From: Tubiluchus corallicola
Lineage: Eukaryota; Animalia; Priapulida
Direction of reading: 5' to 3'
Assembly (NCBI GenBank): GCA_030141605.1
Contig: JAQGDQ010000155.1
Coordinates: 62,001-126,000, forward strand
Length of the DNA: 64,000 bases
Shown: piece by piece, positions 39,801 to 51,254 of the stretch
How the letters are laid out: every line of letters begins with the position of its first letter
Numbering within the stretch: the first letter of the stretch is position 1
The notes under the pieces: model-generated
What the model was told of the DNA's origin: nothing
Seen by the model: only the letters and a program-made list of their open reading frames with translations
Databases searched by the model: none
Made by a program: the position numbers and the translations under genes

Positions 39801-42800
39801 AGAGTTGTCGGACAGCAACTGGGTTCAGATGAACTCTGCAAACCAGGTAAGACTCATTAGTTTGCATCATTTGTAATCGATTAGTTAGTAAAACGGAAAA
39901 TCACTTAAAGATGCTAAAACTGTTTTTTTTTGTATTATTTGCATTGTTGTAGTGTTGCAGTATTGTAGCTTTCAACCGGAGCATATAGTGTAAAGTCATA
40001 AATTAACAGAAACAACTTTTGAACTACAGTGTTGAGAAGGATTGACTTTCCTTTCTTATGCCAAACCCTTGAGTAGAGAAAATAATTTGTTTCCTAAATG
40101 AAGTACAATAGCAACAAAGTTATGTTTCACTTTATGCCAAATCTTAAAGGCAGCACAGCTACTCCATTTTGCCTCTTCTGTGTTCTTTGCTTCACATTTT
40201 TTTGAATGTTCTGAACTGTGTTTTACACTAGCTAGTATGTGTCATTACACTGAGCAAGTAAATTCAAAAACTTGATGAATATTCTCTAGTCTAGTTCATG
40301 ATAGCCCAGACAGGCACAGTACGCCTTCCGACTGGTACAATATGCTTTAAAACTGGCACAGTATGCTTTAAGACTGGCACAATCTGCCTTCAGACTGGCA
40401 CAATATGCTTTGAGACTGGCAGTATGCCTTCAGACTGGCACAGTATGCTTTAAGACTGGCACAGTATGCTTTAAGGCTGGCACAATATGCTTTAAAACTG
40501 GCACAGTATGCTTTAAGATGCCTTCAGACTGGCACAGTATGCTTTAAGACTGGCACAGTAACACTGGCAGTATGCCTTCCGACTGGTACGGTATGCTTTA
40601 AAACTGGCACAGTATGCTTTAAGACTGGCACAATATGCTTTAAGACTGGCAGTATACCGTCAGACTGGCACAGTATGCTTTAAGACTGGCACAGTATGCT
40701 TTAATGCTTGCACAATATGCTTTAAAACTGGCACAGTATGCTCTAAGACTGGCACAATATGCCTTCAGACTGGCACAGTGTGCTTTAAGACTGGCACAAT
40801 ATGCCTTCAGACTGGCACAGTGTGCTTTAAGACTGGCACAATATGCCTTCAGACTGGCACAGTGTGCTTTAAGACTGGCACAATATGCCTTCAGACTGGC
40901 ACAGTGTGCCTTAAGACTGGCACAATATGCTTTCAGACTAGCATAATATCCCTTCAGACTGGTACCTTATAGCTGAAACGTGCAGCATTGTCCAGGAAGA
41001 ATCAATAACCCTATAACAAAACGTTAGAGAATACTTAACAAAGGATGCAATCACATATTTAAAATCAGTGAGGCATGACATATACAAATACTGGAAAAAC
41101 ATTAAAAAATAAGACAGTATCACTAACCACAATTACTGTAATTAAGAAAGAGAGACACACAAAACTTGTCAACATCAAATGCTTTTTGATTGTTTTAATT
41201 ATAGGATTCTTGGGTAATCGTATATGAAGCTCAATCATATTGCATAAATAAGAAAAACTTGCAGAATGCACTTCAAGTAAGGGCTGATATGGTATTCGTG
41301 AAGGACTGTGGTTGTTTATGTGCACATTTGGTATCACTGTCCACATATTCAAGTTTCTGTGTAGTGACCACAATGCACTGAATGCAACGGATTGTTTTTA
41401 TTTTTTCTAGGTCATTTTCGGACTGCCATTCAAAACGAATGTTGGAGAAGCCGTGTACTACATAGCTGCTTATGACAGCATAAACAACGTTGCTTACGAT
41501 GCCATAACAATAATAGTAAGTACTGTATAACTGAAGCCTTGCATACAGGATGCAGACTGCTTCTTCATCTTCCTCGCTGCATCTTCTTTTTCATTTGTTC
41601 TGTCTATTTTAGTTATTTCTATTTCTACAGAACAATATTGTCTGCTGCTGAATTCTGTTTCTCCTGTTCATCTGAAAAGAAGCAACGGCAATGGCTGAGT
41701 TGGCATGGTGTGTACTTTACGACTGCAGTGAAACACTGCCAAGCCCGGTCAGCAAATGACTGAGTGACCAGCAGGAAAATTGCTTCTGTGCGGTTTCATC
41801 TATCGCACTACGTTTTGCTGTTTGCTTTGTTAAGAGATGATTTACATACATCCGAACATGAAACTTTTCATTGGCTTACCTTAGAGGATTGTTCTTGATA
41901 TTGAGATAGGTCCGAGTACTGCAGCAATGTCCTACATTGAATAGGCTTAGACAGCAGCTCGTAGAAGCCGGGACTGTGTAAAAAAAGAAAAAAGCGGGTT
42001 GTACGACGCTTTTTAACTTACTTGGAACGTAGTCTTTGTGTAGTTCATATTTCCTATGAGTTAAAATGGTTGCTCATTATTGTAAATTCATGTTGCTGAT
42101 ATATTTCCTTTTTTATTTACCAGGCGGAGCCAGGTATTTCTGACGATGAAGAGTTTAATCACGCTTTTTCGGTGACAGTTGATGTTGTTGGAGGAAATTT
42201 TTCCACATTTCGCAAGGACGTAAACAAACAGGTTTGTATGAAGCCAGTCTTGGTTCACTATTCTCTAGCATTGATAATCAAATACTTGGAGAGTGGCTTA
42301 ATTTTTTATTCTCTTGTGTATGCTTTGCAACATCTGAACTGGCAGGAGTTTTTTATTGTCTGTCAATGAAAAGATGTCCAACCAGGGATTGTATGGCAGG
42401 TGAAGTAATGCAAAAGCGCAGTTCTTTTTTATTTGCTGGTGTTTTTGGTAGGTTAAAGAAAAGGACACATCTTTTAGCATGCTTGGTTTATTTTAATGTT
42501 ACTGCTTAAACGTAGAGAAATACATCAAAGAAATTTATCTGCAAAGCATGAAGTTAATTTATACTATTGTTGTAAAGAATTTTTAGGTGCGGTCATTCAT
42601 TTGAAAATTATGATGTAGCTGGCAGACTTTGTGACTTTTTGTAAGTGCACCGTGACTTTACGTAAGCACACGCTGCTTACCCAATGTTCTCGCAAAATAT
42701 CATCAAATTACCTGCCTAATTTTTTGTAAAAACTTGTTATACTTTTGATGAAAATTTACACTGCACTGCTTTTCCTCATCTGATGAATGACGTCATTGGT

Positions 42801-43847
42801 AGAAGAATGAGGGGCGCCCAAGTGTGATCGCAACTTTAAAGTGATTTTGCTAATTACATGAGGTGCGTATCACACTTGTGTGACTGAATCCTTCTAACAT
42901 TTTTCGCAAACATTGAAATTTTCCTAACACGCAGAAGGCTTGGCCTTTCAATTAGTTTGATCTAAAGGCCTCAAATTTTGTTTACTGCACGTCATACTTT
43001 TCCGTCCTAGTCTGACTGTTACTTGCATAGTTTTTTTTTGTAGGCGTTGTTTGTTGAAAAGTTAGCAAAGACTTATGGGGATTCTGATTCATCCAACATT
43101 GCTATAACTTCTATCAGGGAAGGTTCTGTGATCATTTCATGGTCAAACAACACGTTACCCACAGAGAACTGCACACAGGAGCAAGTAGAGAGCCTGTCAG
43201 ACGTCCTGATGAAAAATGGGACGCCGAGTGATCATTTTCGAGAAACCATGGCACCTGAGTTTACTGTGTTGAACGTAAGTCTCGCCAAAATTGGGGCATG
43301 CACTCCAGAAGAAGTAGAACCGGACGCGGAGCCAGGCGCGAATGCTACGGCATCTGGCGGACATGGAGACGGTGAGATTAAAAAAGAGAGGGCAGACTAT
43401 CTGTTAAGTACTGTGATTCCGGCCGTGGTCATTGCCGGGATGATGTTGATTGCAGCTGTGATCGCGTGCATGCTGTATAGGTGCCGTCGAAAAGGGAAAA
43501 TGTCGAATGAGGATACGGACACGATAACAAAAGGCATTCCAGTCATCTTCAAGGACGAGCTAGATGAGACAGAGGAGAAGTCTAAACAGCCCTCTGTGAT
43601 GAAAGACGAGAAGCCACCCCAGCCGCCTCCCGAATATCCCCGCTCCGAATCCACATCTCAGGCTTCCACACCCGAGCAAAAGGATCGTCAGAATGTGTCG
43701 CATGACGATATTGAGATGCTCCCTGATGACTCGCCCCCCTACAAACCTCCGAACCCTCCTTTCAATTCTAATAGTAATCAAAAGAGACAGGGCCCAAAGA
43801 CCTCAACGCCTTCTCACCGAATGCCGCCTCCCTACGTTCCGCCGTAA
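23280..43847 (+). CDS. DAG1: Dystroglycan precursor (alpha/beta), spliced CDS: 23280-23558, 26910-27071, 28151-28296, 29341-29485, 30289-30430, 31422-31609, 32097-33290, 34529-35137, 36740-~36991, 38419-38517, 38894-38986, 39706-39846, 41411-41515, 42124-42231, 43044-43847
   Basis: Exons join in frame via GT-AG sites. Product has a signal peptide, Ig-like domain 1 (VPDAETSVGKVFKYRIP..LPTWLHFD..LQG), S6-like domain (C..DDPVSMLTVAIDAD..GWHV), furin site RLKRR, mucin region, Ig-like domain 2 (VPDDTFSDFEDGNTRKLRL..WVQMN..FGLP), alpha/beta cleavage IREG|SVIISWSNNTL, TM helix, RRKGK, KGIPVIFKDELD and terminal PPPYVPP. Confidence 0.96.
23617..24242. mobile_element. hAT-like MITE in dystroglycan intron
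   Basis: Ends TAGGGATT..CAGATC / GATCTGGTGCATCACTA, subterminal CGGATC/GATCC motifs, TSD-like attaacat / attaaaaa. Confidence 0.7.
24810..25220. repeat. CT-rich low-complexity tract with repeated tcgtctgtctcttttgYtcactgtatct units
   Basis: About four recurrences visible. Confidence 0.8.
25830..26142. mobile_element. MITE family C (PIF/Harbinger-like ends), about 310 bp
   Basis: TIRs GTGTTCAGACTAGCAAGTTTTC / GAAAACTCATTAGTCTGAATGC; related copies at 63240-63530, about 10080-10240 and about 11400-11520. Confidence 0.7.
26732..26815. repeat. (CT)n microsatellite
   Basis: Directly visible. Confidence 0.97.
26910..27071 (+). CDS. DAG1: Dystroglycan coding exon 2 (Ig1: LAEAGGTGLPTWLHFDQSGILQGVASESDVGHHYILVTA...DVFDIQ)
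   Basis: ttttttcag acceptor, cag|gtgcat donor, 54 codons, matches the dystroglycan LPSWLHWD motif. Confidence 0.92.
27262..27325 (+). mobile_element. Degenerate tRNA-derived SINE-like head (similar relic on - at about 38195-38240)
   Basis: B-box GGTTCAAATCC followed by AGGC; gagttcaaatccaggc on - at the second site; no complete cloverleaf. Confidence 0.35.
28151..28296 (+). CDS. DAG1: Dystroglycan coding exon 3 (CEWDDPVSMLTVAIDADFDSLSPLERVALIDR)
   Basis: catag acceptor, cg|gtac donor; start of S6-like domain. Confidence 0.9.
28340..28752 (+). repeat. Dispersed repeat family A copy 3
   Basis: ctgtataaagttt.taaatttaaactc, actcttcgct.actaagca and tttcttcccc shared with 1330-1870. Confidence 0.7.
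29341..29485 (+). CDS. DAG1: Dystroglycan coding exon 4 (ILDAAAVIAGAGNVQQAETPGVHLTWQ)
   Basis: ctttag acceptor, cag|gttag donor; resembles vertebrate FMAGPGN..PGALLSW. Confidence 0.9.
30289..30430 (+). CDS. DAG1: Dystroglycan coding exon 5 (VGCG...SLDGSMSQIIGHPVLGWHVT)
   Basis: tatag acceptor, g|gtaag donor; resembles vertebrate LGC..GAMSAQLGYPVVGWHI. Confidence 0.92.
31025..31144. repeat. 59-bp tandem duplication (one mismatch)
   Basis: gttgtgtttctagtaaattattYgtgcttcaataactctgtgcgtattttttacaaact twice. Confidence 0.92.
31422..31609 (+). CDS. DAG1: Dystroglycan coding exon 6 (furin site RLKRR and start of mucin domain)
   Basis: ttcttag acceptor, cac|gttagt donor; TRLVP..SP resembles vertebrate SRIVPTPTSP. 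Confidence 0.88.
32097..33290 (+). CDS. DAG1: Dystroglycan mucin exon A (398 codons, S/T/P/V/E-rich, contains (ETVGMLPS)n); phase 0-0
   Basis: Open 1194 nt between ttctag| and atg|gtaatt; mucin-like composition, in frame with flanking exons. Confidence 0.8.
33460..33821. repeat. CT-rich tract with (CT)n microsatellites
   Basis: Directly visible. Confidence 0.95.
34529..35137 (+). CDS. DAG1: Dystroglycan mucin exon B (about 203 codons, S/T-rich); phase 0-0
   Basis: Open S/T-rich frame from aaag|GTT to acg|gtattt; weak acceptor, 3' boundary uncertain. Confidence 0.6.
36740..36991 (+). CDS. DAG1: Dystroglycan mucin exon C (78-84 codons, T/S/P/E/V-rich); phase 0-0
   Basis: ctaac branch-point-like motif at about 36714, caaag| acceptor; donor either gga|gtcagt (36973) or gct|gttagc (36991). 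Confidence 0.55.
38419..38517 (+). CDS. DAG1: Dystroglycan short mucin exon (GTATEVSGQEGIQPTAVTKMEATEKPGAVTPPL)
   Basis: tattcag acceptor, ctg|gtatga donor, 33 codons. Confidence 0.82.
38894..38986 (+). CDS. DAG1: Dystroglycan exon (NLKPQLNRPIDLISAKVGQ; start of Ig2)
   Basis: T-tract ccag acceptor, cag|gtaac donor; resembles vertebrate NQRPELKNHIDRVDAWVG. Confidence 0.92.
39305..39708 (+). repeat. 53-bp minisatellite (about 7.5 copies) whose last unit supplies the acceptor of the exon at 39706
   Basis: Unit gtatttctgttttatgcagatcatgacctagtaattcaaggtcaaaattcaat. Confidence 0.93.
39706..39846 (+). CDS. DAG1: Dystroglycan exon (ILRYQVPDDTFSDFEDGNTRKLRLELL...WVQMNSANQ)
   Basis: tgcag acceptor, cag|gtaaga donor; Ig2 motif. 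Confidence 0.93.
40305..40963. repeat. 21-bp minisatellite AGACTGGCACAGTATGCTTTA, about 30 copies
   Basis: Directly visible; alternating 42-bp dimer at about 40746-40935. Confidence 0.96.
41411..41515 (+). CDS. DAG1: Dystroglycan exon (VIFGLPFKTNVGEAVYYIAAYDSINNVAYDAITII)
   Basis: ttctag acceptor, ata|gtaagt donor; end of Ig2. Confidence 0.92.
42124..42231 (+). CDS. DAG1: Dystroglycan exon (AEPGISDDEEFNHAFSVTVDVVGGNFSTFRKDVNKQ)
   Basis: ttaccag acceptor, cag|gtttgt donor; start of SEA-like module. Confidence 0.88.
43044..43847 (+). CDS. DAG1: Dystroglycan last coding exon: SEA cleavage site, beta-DG ectodomain, TM, cytoplasmic tail
   Basis: G|S cleavage, TM VIPAVVIAGMMLIAAVIACMLY, PPEY and PPPYVPP-stop. 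Confidence 0.97.
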   Translation, partial: ALFVEKLAKTYGDSDSSNIAITSIREGSVIISWSNNTLPTENCTQEQVESLSDVLMKNGTPSDHFRETMAPEFTVLNVSLAKIGACTPEEVEPDAEPGANATASGGHGDGEIKKERADYLLSTVIPAVVIAGMMLIAAVIACMLYRCRRKGKMSNEDTDTITKGIPVIFKDELDETEEKSKQPSVMKDEKPPQPPPEYPRSESTSQASTPEQKDRQNVSHDDIEMLPDDSPPYKPPNPPFNSNSNQKRQGPKTSTPSHRMPPPYVPP

Positions 43848-46800
43848 CTTAGCATCGACGTTGGTGATCTCACTAACTGTACCGCACATCTTAGCAGATA
43901 GTTTGTTACTGAGTGCGGTGTTATAATTATATGGGAACATGTGCATATGTGTACGCAGCTGCTGGGATAGACATTACATGGCTATAACGCCATGGTTTTC
44001 TAGATTATGTCATGCTTTTGCTGCGTACTACTGATTCAGAGTATTACACAGTACTGTACTAGTAACATTCTTATCCATTATAGAATACTGTTTTTTACGA
44101 TACTGATTCAACCATCAAATTTAAAGTGCTGTGCCCTATTTTGCATGTTTTAAACGTTATTGCTGTGCCTGTTGTTAGAACAAATCTTCAGTGTTTTCCG
44201 CCTTTTTGTCATTTTACTGGTTTGTTTAATTGAACCTTATTAACTTCTCTTTTGGCTACTTTCCATTTTTTATTGTACCGTTTTCACGTTGGTGGACCTA
44301 ACATCGATGTATTTTAAAAAGTGTTCAAAAATGAAGTGTTCTGTTTGTCTGTTCGTATGCTTTTGTAGGCATGCAGTATTTTAACATGTACAGGCTTGTA
44401 TAATGCCATTTGTGAGATGTTTTATTTTTCTTTTCAGAATACCTTAGGTTTAATTTTGAACAAATTAGAATTTCATTCATTGGTATTGTGTAAATTCATA
44501 GGATTGCAAATAGTGAAATTGCACACGTGCAACAGTTTTTTACTCGCCCCTAGATGGCTGACAAAAAGCCACTTTATTGCCATAGCAACACCGACTTTAT
44601 CAATCCCAAGTCTGCACTGTGTTGTTATAAACTGCACACAGTGACTGCATACGGCCACCATAGCCACCTATTGTTCCTATTAAGCTGTGACTTTGTGGGA
44701 AATATCATTAGAGCACAAAAAAATCCATGTTATTTGCTGACATAACATTTTCTCATTGGATTTCGTTAGCGATTTGCTGATGTTGGCTGCTTTTTATTCC
44801 AGTATTCAGGTAATCTAACCATTTCAGAAAAACTTGCCGATACCCCCTGAAAAGTGCTTCATTCTGTACAAAACACAAATACAAAGTACTTGATAAATTT
44901 ACTCGAAACACACAAGACCCAAAGAGATCTAGATCTTGACATAAAAATATGACCATTACAAAGCTTGAGAACCCATCTTACTTACATCAGCTGTTTTTTA
45001 TCTGCAAATGCTCGTTGTGATAAAATTAATGAATATTGTGTAAAAAGTGAAATTTCTGAATGGTCAGCAAGTTAATCAGGTGTAACAATGAAACTTCTAA
45101 TTGCACTATTTGCAGTTACGCATGCAAAGCCACTTTTAGGTAAATAAGTAAAATGATACACGATGTTTTGCTGAGACAATAAAACTGAGAATTGTAGGAT
45201 CATTTTATCTTTATTCTGTTTTTATTTTGTTAAAACACTTCTGCTTTTTGTTATTGACTTTTTATTGTTTTCTTTTTGTTTATATGGTATATATGTATAT
45301 ATATTTGAATACGACTATCTGTGTTACTTTTTATAGGTGTTACTAGAATCAATGCTAACTGTCCAATGTCACGATTATATCTAGTTATTCCTTTTTCTGA
45401 CAACCGATATTAACCTTGTTTTTTCAATGCATGTACGTGCCTTTTTGAAATCCATACCTTAGCATAAAGTGAATTTAAAGCTGTTTTCTCCTTCCTTACC
45501 TCCCCCTAGTATATCAGATCATTAAGACTCAATTTTAAAAAATTATGTGAGTCCCAAAGTATTACTTAACTTCCTGTGATGTAGAGTGGACCATTGCAAA
45601 AAGTGCAACTACTTTCCTTGGCTAACTCCTAAATAACAATTGTTTTACTTGATGCTAGTGGAGCATGCTCTATTGGCTCAAACTAAGTACTGATGAAAAG
45701 GTGCGTTTTTACGATTTATGTTGTTACAAAGGTACCAAGAATATATGGAAATTTTTGTGGTGCTAATTCAGTGCACATTGTTCTTTCCTCTTTGTTGCTC
45801 TTCACCATTGTTATAACTTAATCATCATTGTTTTCAGCATCATCATTGTCAGCTTAGCATTGTTTTGAACAATTACTTGTGCATAGCTGATTCCTTCTTT
45901 TGATAGATGTTCTCTTTATGAACAGCTTAATTAAGTATGAAAGTTTTGTTTGTCCGATGTGGCATTATTTAACATAAGTCAAGAAAAATTGTGGCTTAGT
46001 TTCATAGTAGGTAAGGTATTCGGTGTGAAACTGTTGTCCTCAAAAGGTTGCAAGCCCCTGTTATAGCAGATGTGGTATTCATATTGTCATTATTAGTGAA
46101 CTGTTTGAAAAAATGTGAATTTTTGACCATCAACCATCTGACCTGTGTGTCTTGAAATGTGTTAGATTATCAGGTAACTCGCTCAGATTTTTGTTTTTTA
46201 ACCTGTATTTTCATTATTTTATACATGTTATGCTAAACACTGTTCTTTACAAAGTATTTAACTGAAATTCAGAAAGTGAGCATTGTTTTAGAGTGATTGT
46301 GTTTTCACACGGGAGTTACTGACATAATTTTCAGTAACAGTTCAGAAGAACAGCTTTCACGCAAGCTGCAAGCTTGTCACTTTCGTAAAATGTTCTCACA
46401 GGCCACACTTCTCTAGCAAAGAACCTGAAGAAGTCAATGTATATAGAATCACGGTGTCAGAGATTTTAGTTCTGCAAATAATTTTGCGGAAAATAGCCTG
46501 AGATTGAATTGTCATTTATTGATAAGTACTGATGCAGTTTAATTATTATCATTATTATTGTGTAAATAACTGAAACGTAAAGTTCTTGTGATAGATGTGT
46601 AGTAGTGAATGTTAGGCTTCATTATGCTATAACTTATGTACAGTGACGATAAATAGGTATAATGGTATAGCAATACGTTTAAGTAAGTGACATACTGCCA
46701 GTCATTATTATGATTTGCAGTTATTAGGAAAACAATGCTGCTCTCATTGGCATGGAGTTATGATTGCTAATACTAATGATCTTAAATTCATTTTGAGGTT

Positions 46801-47320
46801 TTAATACTTTGTAATCTGTGGTGTTATTTGATGTTCAATTTGTGTATATTGGTGTGTAGCTAGATGAACATTATATTTGTGTTTATTTAACATTTGTATA
46901 AGGCCTCATTTTTGATTGATACTGTTTTTTTACATAGGCCCTGTGTTGTAGACTGAGATTGTCTTTATAATTTTGGACTTCTTTTAACTTTAGTTGTGCT
47001 TTTAAATTCATGCAAAAAAGAAATGGCATTTGGACAAACCTTGTAGTGTTAGTAGGTGTTTTATGAGTAATAGTTTTCATTATTGCTTGTTTTCGTAATA
47101 AGTAATCTTTTTGTAATCACTTGAGCCCTTGTAAGAAGCTACTGTAAAATTGATGTAATTTGTCATTAAATCAGTGCGAGTTAATTTTAGCCATTTCTCT
47201 GATGTTTTACTCAACAGCATGGGATACTTGTGTTGTCTGTGTTTCAAACTTTGGTTTAACTTTTACAGCAATACGTGATTTTTTGTCAATTTTTTCTATG
47301 AGTATGGAAAATAAAATTTG
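43848..47320 (+). other. Probable long dystroglycan 3' UTR (AATAAA candidates at about 45178 and 47309)
   Basis: AT/U-rich, repeat-poor, no credible ORF; polyadenylation hexamers present. Confidence 0.45.
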
Positions 47321-48699
47321 TCAATTTTACACTTTCCTGTTCGATTAAATAATTTTCGTACGTATTTGTAAAATCCCTCAAGTGCCTGAGGTCCAGCAGG
47401 GCGTCTTAATAATTCAAATAATTGTACATAATTTAAGTCTAAGTTTTAGTCTCGTCTCGATAGACACTGGAAATGCAATCCTGAAAATATTTACCCCAGG
47501 TTGCCACAATGGCAACAAGAAACCCTGTGCTACGCTTCATGATCGCAGTGTGGCCACCTATTTTGTTCACATTAATAAAGTAAACAAAGAGGAGTGGAGA
47601 GGTCCATAAGCTATTTATGCTTAATTTCTACCTTCGACGGTAACGGTAATACATTCATGCATATATAAACACATATACAGTTCTCCACTCATAAATGCAT
47701 TAAACAGTTTTGAACACATATAAAATTACGAACAAAAAACCAGTTGAAATTCATGCCTAATAGATTCGTTTACTATTGAAATTGATGTCTTTGCGTTTGT
47801 GCAATTACATTATGTCATGTACAAAGAGATGTGACTTACATTTGTTTTCCTTGGGGGTATTTTCTTTTCAGCCTTTCACTCAAGTTCCTTACTGTTTCAT
47901 ACCACAAACTTGTCAACTCAACACAAGAGCATTTGCTTGCTTGCAGGCCCCGCGTTTTGTTCAAAGCATATCAAAAATAGTTTGAGACTATGCATACAAA
48001 TAGGTCTTTAAGCAAAACAATATTTTGACTTGTTATTTATGCAGCAAAGCAAGCAGATGCTTAATTACATGTGTGTGTTTAGCTTGTTCGATAAAATTAA
48101 TCTAAGACCTTTTTGCGCTTCTTTTTTTTCAGGAACATTGACACATAATCCCAGCGTTTACACAAAATGTACCTTACTTACGTGTAGATATCGTCCGTGT
48201 AAGTAATTTAAACTTAACGCGGTTTGCAAAACAACATTATTAGCAGATCGTGATTTTCAGTCAGTGAAAATAATAAAATAACTATTTTAATCACTAATAA
48301 TTTTACATTTTTGTTGTGAAATTGTAAAATGCACCAAAATAAACGAATAAATAAAATGAACAAACAAAAGATATATTGAACATTCCAGCAAAAATATGTT
48401 GTGAAATCCAGATAGGCATAGGCCTATACTGATTGTCTACTTGGAATGTAGAGTGAGATCACGTCCATAGTGAGACCTTGAAGTTATTGTCATTTATAAG
48501 TTACCTCAGATAATTACAAACGTCTCACCATTTCGATTAATGAAATACATTAATAAATGACAAACTACATGATGGTTGCGTTTTCTTCTTTGTGCCTTGT
48601 GATCAGCTCTAGTTATTTTTTGGATGGTTCGTAACGAAGGAGTCAGCTAAGCCAAAATCGTTTTTACAAAGTTCGTCAGAAAAGGTATTTCCTATTGCT

Positions 48700-48868
48700 A
48701 ACTGAAATTTCGTTAAGATCAAACGCATAAAATGTCGACGTCGTTTTGTTCGTTTTGTTGTTTTTGCTTTGAAATACACTCGTGATCATTAGTTCCAAAT
48801 TCTAAAAATTACAAATTTAAGCATATTTATTTTCTATTATTTGGTAGCCGCACACACAATATATCAAG
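48700..48868 (+). promoter_or_regulatory. Putative promoter / non-coding first exon of the 51255 zinc-finger gene
   Basis: CpG-richer patch ending in donor caag|gtatgg at 48868; start coordinate approximate. Confidence 0.35.
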
Positions 48869-51254
48869 GTATGGTAGTTTAGTTTGCCCGTTTTCTGAAT
48901 TAGGAATAGTGTTTGGGTAACAAAAGGCCTGTCTCTAACTCTAGTCTATAAACACGGCGAAAGGCTACTGTTGATTCGTTAACACGGGCTCACATCCTAG
49001 AAGCAACAATAAGCATTCCCAGTTTCACTGTGTAGTAGTTTTGCAGATACACTAGCGAAGTAACGTTACTTACTACTTAGTAGTATAAACAACCCCTCGA
49101 AGAAAAATAATCATAACGCTATATCCTTTCTATAATAGAAATCGCAAGTTTCTGCTAAATGGTAATTTTTCTGATTCTGAATCGGATGAATGCAAATAAT
49201 AATTGGCATCATTCAAAAATCCAAAAAACGATTTAATGAGCATGATTTTTATCTTCGAAGTTAGGTAACTCTGAATAAACACTTTTGTAATTGTAAGATC
49301 ATTACGTGTTTGTGGTATAGGATAAAATGTGGTTACATGTACGTCATGAACTGATCCTCTGAAAAGAGTGGAGATGTTACATTTTTCTTCTAATATTTAT
49401 GCATGTACAAGAAAAGAGAATTTGCTAATAAATATTCCTTAGTTTTCAGTTAAACAAGCTTTTAATATATATATATATATATATATTAAAATATATATAA
49501 TATAAATATATATATATTTAGAAAACAAATGATGATAAAATAATAAGAAGAAAAAATTAACAGCAAATAAAAGTAAAATGAATAATTGATCATAAACAAA
49601 AAAAAGTGATGGTAGCAGGTCAGTAAAATTGTAATTATTTAGCCTGCTGTGTACATTGCTTGCCGATGATTTGCGATCGATCATATGGAAACAATGTACA
49701 GTAAACCCTCGCTTAACGACTCCCCGCTCAGCTATGTTTTGTTTTTCTGTCTTAACAATGCACGTTTCATTTTAACAACAATTTTTTTACTTTACTCAAA
49801 GTAAAATTTTATGTTTTATCAACAACATTTTTACTTAATTTGAGGCATTAAAACAGTTCATTAGCCTGTTCTAAGAATACGCTAGCAATGTAAAACAGTG
49901 TACAGTTATTATTTACATTTTTGCTTCCCAGCTGATTGCTGGCCACTTGTGTAAAGCAAGATCTACTTGCACCTGGGAGCAGACTTTATGCAAGCAATTT
50001 TACCTGCGACCTGTTCCTATAGTAACCAACATATAGAGGAAATTATCTCAAGGCCTCTCCAGGTCTAACTGCATAGTTAGGGCTTCAAGGTTAATGCCAG
50101 CTAGGCACTGGTAAGAAAGATGGGTGGTTTGAAGCAGACAGAAATAAATTAATCGGTAGAAATATGAATGAAACTCATAAAACATTTAATTTACAGTCAA
50201 ACCTATTTATACCTCCCACTTTACGATGGAAAAAAGTTGGCGTTATAACGTGTTGTGTTAAATTTTGTTATAGACGAATCACAGAACAGTTAGACAAGTG
50301 TACTCAGGTTAGAACAGGTCCTCAATTTTCATCCTAACGGTTAATGAATTAAAAGAAAATCATTTATCATTTGTGAATTCATTACTCACTCAAAATCAAT
50401 TATTTTGATCAAAAACATTTTGTTTACATAGTACACGTGTCACCTATGTATACATGTAACAGGCTGTAGGCCTACTGCTCCACTAATCATGTATTATTGT
50501 ATATGCAGAAAAAAAGATTAAAGTCATAACTACAAATTTCTTGTTGGGATTTGCCTGTATGGTTCTTAGAAAACAAGCAAATATCACTTTTCTTGTGGCT
50601 AAAAAAAGAAACACGTGTTTTCTGTCAGTTGCTATTATGACTGCCCATTGACAATAGTATCAGAGGTGTCAATCATTTACTATTGTGTTTGTACGATATA
50701 CAGTACAGCTTACGAACAATCAAAGCATGATAGCATGTATTTTTTTGTGACACGTGACGTCTGGTCAGTGTAAGCAATTCAGCTAAAGCGTATAGCAACT
50801 TCACATAGCTGACATAATATCAAGGTCGCCGGCGTGACTGACGGTATTTCCCCATTGAACATATATTCGGCAGATGGCGGGTAATGGGAGGCGGTATAGC
50901 TGGTTATTTTCATATACAATTTAATACAGCCGTTTTGTTCCTGGCCATTTTGCAGGTGGTAAATGATTTTAGCGGAATAACGAGGTTTGGCTGTATAGGA
51001 ATTAAGTAGCATTGATTTTTGCCTCTAGAACGCATTTCTGTTCTTCTACAGTACTTTCTGTGAAAGTCTTAGTTTCTGGTTTTGTTTAACAGCATTTCGC
51101 TTAATGTCGAATTTTGCTAGAATGCATTAGCATCATTAACAAGGTTTTGCTATAAATAAAAAAGGAATATTTTTCATTTCTTCTACTTTTCTCATATTTA
51201 GATTGTTAAATAAAGGTTTTTTTCTTTATAGCCTTTTGAAAACAGTTAGAAAAG

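Noticed and set aside
40704-40972. (LAQYAFR/LAQCALR)n ORF within dystroglycan
   Set aside because: Intronic 21-bp minisatellite; flanking exons join in frame without it
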